Source: Paramoeba atlantica (lineage: Eukaryota; Protista; Discosea). From it: a stretch of DNA of 64,000 nt. Under the pieces are notes generated by a model. The model was not told the DNA's origin and did not search any database. It saw only the letters and a list, made by a program, of their open reading frames with translations. Every line of letters begins with the position of its first letter. Within the stretch, counting starts at the first letter, position 1. Positions 58,150-64,000 of the stretch are shown in pieces. The DNA is taken from the NCBI GenBank assembly GCA_977017575.1, contig CDRNVI010000004.1, forward strand, positions 558,001-622,000, in the 5' to 3' direction. The translations under genes and the position numbers were made by a program.

Positions 58150-58900
58150 AAGGGCTGTTATTTTATTTTGTTGTGATAAGTTTACGTGGGTTTTTTTACG
58201 TGAGCTCTTAACGTTGGTCTTGTTTTTTCCCGTCGTGAACGTAAGTTCTTTCTTTCCACCTTTAGTTCATTTGTGTGAAACTTTGTATGAGTAGGAAGTT
58301 TGGGCTCGATTTTTACGTTAGAACATCTACAATTTAACTGAATGGAACCTTTATAGCTACACGGAATATAGAGCTGAATGTGAGCATGCATGATTTTTTG
58401 CTTGTTGTTAATTTTTTATTCCTAATTATAGTGTACATCAATAATGTATATCCTCCATGTACCCTTCACCCTTATGAAGAAGTGCCCCTTCACCCCTCAT
58501 TGACGCCCTCCTCCCCCGCCCTCTTCCTCTGCTCTCCTCGCCCTCTCTCCTGGACATGGATTTTACAAATTTGATTTTTTGTCGTATTATAAGTAAAAAA
58601 GGTGCCGCGAAGCGGCGCCGAATTTTTTTTCACACCCCTTTCATCGCCCCCCCCCTTTATTATGGACAAAAGCCGAAAAAGTGTCCATATTAAAGGGGGG
58701 GGTCACAGTAATAAAAAATAGTGTTCAAACATCAATTTTTATTGACAAGACAGCGTTCTCTTTTTTGTAGATCTAGATTCAAGACAGAGCTTTAGTACCT
58801 AGCATTATGGACCTGTTTTATAGGGAGAAGCACCTCCACACAAATTAGCAAATCACAATCTGTCCTTTTACCTCTTCCTTTACTCTTTCCTTTCCAAACC

Positions 58901-59782
58901 ATGCACAGAACTTCCTTTGCCAAACCCCTTTATCCATTCCCCCTGCATCGGAACCTTCGAGCACTCCCCTCTCCCTCTCCCCTCTCATTTCTTCCTTCTC
59001 GATCTTTTGTTACCTCTAAGATAACAAAGACAACGGCTCCTTTTATCGGAACCTCTCCTCCCCTACCTGAAACCTCTGATGGACCACAGAGGGGTCAAAC
59101 TCAGAATCTTTTTCCTGAAACCTCAGGATTTCAGAACGACAATGCTGAAATTCCACAAACCTCAGGGTTTCAACAACACAATGCTGAAATCTCACAAACC
59201 TCAGGATTTCAACAACATAATCCTGAAGTTTCACAAACCTCAGAATTTCAACAACACAATCCTAAAATTCCACAAACCTCAGGGTTTCAACAACACAATC
59301 CTGAAATCTCACAAACGTTAGAAACCCAAGCCCATAGAAATACAAAAACAGAAACCGAGCGAGGGAGCGAACCCCCCTCTCCCCTCTCCGGGCCTCTGTT
59401 TGCCCTCATCGACTTCAAAGCGTTTCAGTACAAAGTCTCCGAGGGGGATATCATTATGCTCCCCAGCTTTAAAGCTGAGATCGGGGAGTCGGTCTGTTTC
59501 CGAAAGTGTTTGATGGTCGGGGGGAGGACCTTCACCGCGCTCGGGCGTCCGTTACTCGACGGGGTCCGGGTGGTTGGGGTCGTGGAGGAACACAAGAAGT
59601 CACACAATGTGATTTACTTCCAGGACGTGAACAAACGGAGAGATGTCACGTGGCAGAACAACCGCAGGGATGTGGTGATTCTGCGCATCACGGAGGTGTC
59701 GTATGTCGCATCGAGAATTGTCGGTCCCGTGGAGAAGCACACGGGGAGGTTGGTGGAGGGGGACTTCACGGGGGGAGGATGA
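58901..59782 (+). CDS. Mitochondrial ribosomal protein bL21m
   Basis: FALIDFKAFQYKVSEGDII, LMVGGRTFTALGRPLL, RRDVVILRITEV; presequence-like N-terminus; 5 x 13-aa repeat at 59114-59317. Confidence 0.88.
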   Translation: MHRTSFAKPLYPFPLHRNLRALPSPSPLSFLPSRSFVTSKITKTTAPFIGTSPPLPETSDGPQRGQTQNLFPETSGFQNDNAEIPQTSGFQQHNAEISQTSGFQQHNPEVSQTSEFQQHNPKIPQTSGFQQHNPEISQTLETQAHRNTKTETERGSEPPSPLSGPLFALIDFKAFQYKVSEGDIIMLPSFKAEIGESVCFRKCLMVGGRTFTALGRPLLDGVRVVGVVEEHKKSHNVIYFQDVNKRRDVTWQNNRRDVVILRITEVSYVASRIVGPVEKHTGRLVEGDFTGGG

Positions 59783-61323
59783 GGGGGGGGGAAGGGAGGG
59801 AACTACAACAATGGGGTAACAGCGCTTCTTTGTTGATTTGAAGGAGAATCTCGTGAAAAGGTTCATGTCATAAAGTTTTCCATCCTGAGATGCACTGCGT
59901 CTCTCGAAATTTGTCCATACTTCGAGTTTGAGGTAAAGGGTTTGGAAAGGTCTGCATAGAAGCAAGTAATCATCAAGCATAAGCTTGCGAATACCTGTAT
60001 ACGTAGGCTTCGCAATGGGTTGCGTGACTCGACCTTTGAAGTTATCAAAGATCGTGCGAACTCAAGAATAGAAAGTTGCAAGGATAGGCTTTTTCAGGGA
60101 TCCGTTGAGTAGCAGGCCTGAGCAGTGGCCCACACTGCTGTAGATGCAACCGGCGATGTTCTATTGCCTTCCGAATTTTTCCTACTGCGTATTGAGAGTA
60201 GTCACAAAATTGAAAAGGCTGACACTTTCCTTTTTTAAGAAGGATAGCATAAAAACATTTTTTTCCCCTACCTGCATTAAACTTTGGGGAAGCATTGGTC
60301 ACATGAATTTGATGGAAGCCCCGTACTAAAGTTTGGATTTCGGCAGCATACCTTTTTTTCTAAGGTCGTTTTCTTTAGACTTTCTATGTCTTTACGTTTT
60401 TCACGTTCCCGACAGCTTTATGAAGTAAGTGCACCAACTTACCCGCACTTACTAATTCTCATGTTGTGGTTCTTTTCAAGCCTATGTGTGTGATGGTTCA
60501 GTGCTTCGAGAAGGTGCATCTTGACAAGACGCCTACGTCCTTGGGAATCCTAATATTAGAGGGGAGACGGCCGCTCGATCTGCAGTATTCTACCATATTC
60601 TGCCTATCAGGGGGGTTCTTTACAGGGTCGATCGTAGGGTTTCTGGACGGTTCTGCAGAAACGATCTGAATGAGTTGGGGGAAAACAAATGCATATTCGT
60701 GCCGCTCTCGTCCAGGACTTGCCGGGAAAATTATTCTTGCTTTTAAATATACTGAATTAATGAAGAAAAAAGGACTAGAAAAATCGAAGGGTGAAGAAAT
60801 AGTATAATTGTTGATTTCTGTGACAAGCTCCGACACAGTGATGTCATATTGCCGTGGTCTTGTCTTTTCGAAGTTTACCTCGACCTCACTGGGCGTCGGC
60901 ATAATCTTTTCTAAAGTGGGGCTGCGTCTTTCAAACGCGACACATAGCCTTCAATTTCTTCTCCGTGCTCCATAGGAAGCCCCCGCATAGTACCGTATAC
61001 CTTAACCCCTTCGTCATCACTCCACCCATCATCAAAAAAGCGTCAGATTCCGTAGTGGTTGCACCCGGTACCCAGTCGGAGTCCGTATCTGTCCGAGTCG
61101 TGTAGGTGAACTCGGAGGAAGACGTACTCGAAGAAGAAGACAAAGAAGAAGAAGAAGAAGCGCCATCAGAAAGATAGTTACTCGATTCTGCATCGTAGAA
61201 AGCAAAGTCTCCGGTTTGCTGAAAAAAATTTGCGAAAAAAACAGCAAATTTCGTAAATCTACGTGAGCTTATCTTCGCATTTTTTGACATTGCTTCCTTC
61301 AATAAAACTTCGATTCTTTTTTA

Positions 61324-61411
61324 GTGGGTTCGTTGAACGCGGTGGTAGTTTTCAACGCGAAGCTCGCAGCATGAGTAACTTGAAAACAACCACCGCGTTT
61401 AACGAAGAGCC
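61324..61411. mobile_element. ~95-bp hairpin MITE, copy 4 (decayed left end)
   Basis: GTTCGTTGAACGCGGTGG...CCACCGCGTTTAACGAAGAGCC-TA. Confidence 0.75.
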
Positions 61412-61692
61412 TAAAAAAGAAATTATTGGAACACGGGGTAGAAATCCAAATCGTCTGTGTTTGCTCATAGTCTGCTACTAAAAGCATTCTCCTTGAGCTG
61501 ACTCTCCTTGAGCTTTGCGGGGCAAGAATAGGATCGAGCAGACAGTGTATCGCGCCATGTCCTCGAGCGAACTCGCTTTCGTGGCATAAAAAGGGGGGAA
61601 AAAGAAAAATTGTCAAATTTTCACATGAAAAAAATAATGTTTTTTTCACCGGATTAAATCGTTTAATTTGAGCGGTCCGAATAAGCCAAAGA

Positions 61693-61790
61693 CATACAAC
61701 TCTGAGAGAGCTCTCGAATGCGCTATTATTTTACAAAATTGAGCAAATTGTACAAATTTTAGACCCCCCAGGGTCAAGTGCCACCCCCTG
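61693..61790. mobile_element. Solo right end of the 35146-35883 family
   Basis: GAGAGCTCTCGAATGCGCTATTATTTT...CCCCTG-TA. Confidence 0.65.
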
Positions 61791-62071
61791 TATGTGCGCG
61801 GGGACAAAAATACGTACAGCGGCAAACATAAAACTAGAGTCCGTGTAAAGACAGTAAGTCTGTGTGGAAATATTTATTGCATTTAAAAAGTGCTGGAAGT
61901 ATTATTGGCTTTCGCTTCTGGTTATGAGCCCCTGATTTTGGTGTTACGAATACTAGCAAAAGCAGTAGACAAACTCGCCGAGAAGCGGCGCGGACTATTT
62001 TTCCGGTTTAGCTGAGTTTTGCCGTATTCTGCCATATTCTGCCTATCACCTCACCGGCCGGCCGCCCCCCT

Positions 62072-62337
62072 CTTAGATACGGTTTCTGCACCTTGTTGAC
62101 TTTCTTTCCCCAGCAACGGGCATAGTCTTACTGTATTTTTATGCCCGTTACCGGCCAGTACTAAGGCCGAAACTGTCTCTCTCTATTGTTGAAGCAGGGG
62201 ACGCGCTTCTACCCCTTTACCCCTTCCCGACTCACTCCCCTGGAGTGAGTGTGCTTACCTCTCTCGGCTTTCTTCGACTTTTTTTCTCTCCGAGAGGGGC
62301 ATGTGTCACGGTGGCCTCCCTTGAGGACCACTAGACC
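62072..62337. repeat. Hairpin-rich dispersed repeat, copy 2
   Basis: Aligns with 8497-8778. Confidence 0.85.
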
Positions 62338-62919
62338 GTCTATTTTGTGTACAGCGAAAGTGAAAAGACACGGGCGTCAAAGTCCATTATTAAGTCAAAG
62401 TCCATTATGTAAGCGTTTGCTGGACCGGTACGGAGCTTCCGAAATTAAAGCAAGCTGCTTACATTTCTTGAACAATGCAGCGTTTTGCATTCAGCATTGA
62501 AAAAAATTTCAGACATGTCGGGGAAACCGATGACAACTCATGTCGAAACTACGCTGCAGCTCTTGTTCGAACATAGCGAAAGTGACGAAGCGTCCTCACG
62601 AATGCGAGAAGCACTTCTTTATCACAAGACTCGTCTACAAAACCGGATGATGGATGGATTTTTCCCTCTATGGATTGAGATACTGTTTCTGTAGCGACAA
62701 CTTGCTGAGCAAAGTTGGCACACTCATCGAGCTTTATTGTAGTACGGGATCGTATGGTTGGTTGGTAAATCAGGGTGAAAGCGGGTAAATGGATCAATGA
62801 CCTGGGTAAAGTACCCGCGTTTACCACCATGTGGGTAATTACCCATTTACCCGTTTGAAAAAATTATCCATTTTATTGTATCTTCACAATACTGATTTCA
62901 AATCTTTACCACATTTTCC

Positions 62920-63801
62920 ATGAGTCAAATATTCACCACTATATCTATTTGCGTGACTGTTTCAGGCCTGACAAGCAAAAGGGTAGGAGTTGCGGATGTA
63001 ACCCACACTCGAACACGTCTGGGTAAAGTGAGAGGAGCCATCCTGTCACAAAATATGCAAATGTTACACGTTATTGAAAACCTAGCGCCAAGTTCCGTAA
63101 TTAATACTAATAATGAAACAGAGGCATGCTTATGGGCTGGTGTCACTTGTAATTCCGACCATCAAGTGCTTGATATCGATTGGTCAGCCCGGGCATTGAA
63201 AGGAAATCTCTCTTGGGAGTATTTACCCCACACTACGTGCACTCTTCGTGTGGGAGATAATGAGCTTTGTGGATATTTCCCAGTTCGTTTCCTTCCTCCC
63301 AAGCTAACATATTTAAACATCCAATACAACCCCCTGTGTGGATCCTTTGATGCCGGCTCACTACCTGATGCGTTTGAAGAACTTTGGTCATCTGCGACGA
63401 AGTTTTCCGGCTTGCTTGATCTTACCTCACTACACGCTCCGTTGAAAGTGATTTCTTTGCCGCATAATGGGTTTTTCGGAAATCTGGATTTGACTTTGTT
63501 GCCAGGCACGCTCAGTAGAATTTTTCTTCACGGAAATCAATTTGTGGGAAGTGTGAACCTGAAGTGTCTTCCAAATAAACTGCAAGTTTTGTATTTGTCT
63601 CAAAATAATCTGGATGGTGAGTTGGAATTGCATTCTCTTCCACCTTTCATGTGTACACTTTCCCTGGGCAACAACGCATTTACGGGAAAACTATCGTTTG
63701 ATTCATTGCCTGCAACAATGGCACATTTAGATTTGAGGGGAAATAAGTGCCAATTGGAAGTGCAGTCTTTGGAAATTCCCAAATTTGTCCATATTAAGTA
63801 G
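62920..63801 (+). CDS. LRR family member 8
   Basis: LGKVRGAILSQ, EACLWAGVTC, LRRs. Confidence 0.85.
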   Translation: MSQIFTTISICVTVSGLTSKRVGVADVTHTRTRLGKVRGAILSQNMQMLHVIENLAPSSVINTNNETEACLWAGVTCNSDHQVLDIDWSARALKGNLSWEYLPHTTCTLRVGDNELCGYFPVRFLPPKLTYLNIQYNPLCGSFDAGSLPDAFEELWSSATKFSGLLDLTSLHAPLKVISLPHNGFFGNLDLTLLPGTLSRIFLHGNQFVGSVNLKCLPNKLQVLYLSQNNLDGELELHSLPPFMCTLSLGNNAFTGKLSFDSLPATMAHLDLRGNKCQLEVQSLEIPKFVHIK

Positions 63802-64000
63802 TATACATTGGTTGCGTGAGTGCAGTTCCCTCGTCAAAAAGTTAGCTCCCTTGAAAATAGAATTTCATTTTATCTTGAGTTTTCGCTATAAAAAGATTTA
63901 CAGAACATAAATTTATATTTACAATGAAAACCGTACCACGTAAGAAATTCGCGCGACTAATCTATTAGTGTACTGATGGTACAAACGCTGTGCGTATTGT

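Larger units (their letters stand above)
56407..58708 (+). mobile_element. pogo-like TIR element carrying a Ulp1-like protease
   Basis: TA TSD; perfect 27-bp TIR CTGTGACCCCCCCCTTTAATATGGACA; subterminal CCCCCCTTTATTATGGACAAA and GCCGCG.AGCGGCGCC at both ends. Confidence 0.9.

Noticed and set aside
59850-61302. Minus-strand ORFs (134 aa, 123 aa and fragments)
   Set aside because: They may be a decayed element gene, but no motif was recognised, so no call was made.

Overview
Eukaryotic, AT-rich, transposon-riddled window. Every recognisable host gene is intronless and on the + strand: NMNAT, three KAP-like HMG-box proteins, an RlmD/TrmA-like protein, a RAD23-like protein, poly(A) polymerase, mitochondrial bL21, and eight short LRR genes or pseudogenes. 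That layout, the KAP-like genes and a VIPER/TATE-type retroelement suggest a kinetoplastid (inference). Between the genes lie an apparently intact DD35E Tc1-like transposon, a frameshifted Tc1-like gene with a DD53E spacing, a hAT-like element with a 6-bp TSD nested in another repeat, and several MITE families. Also present are two CCHC (gag-like) ORFs, a remnant with a 2A-like motif, and a 208-bp tandem array bracketed by an inverted repeat. The most striking object is a perfect-TIR pogo-like element (56407-58708) carrying a Ulp1-like cysteine protease joined to a truncated transposase. No rRNA, tRNA or CRISPR array was recognised. All calls come from motif reading by eye; no database searches were run.
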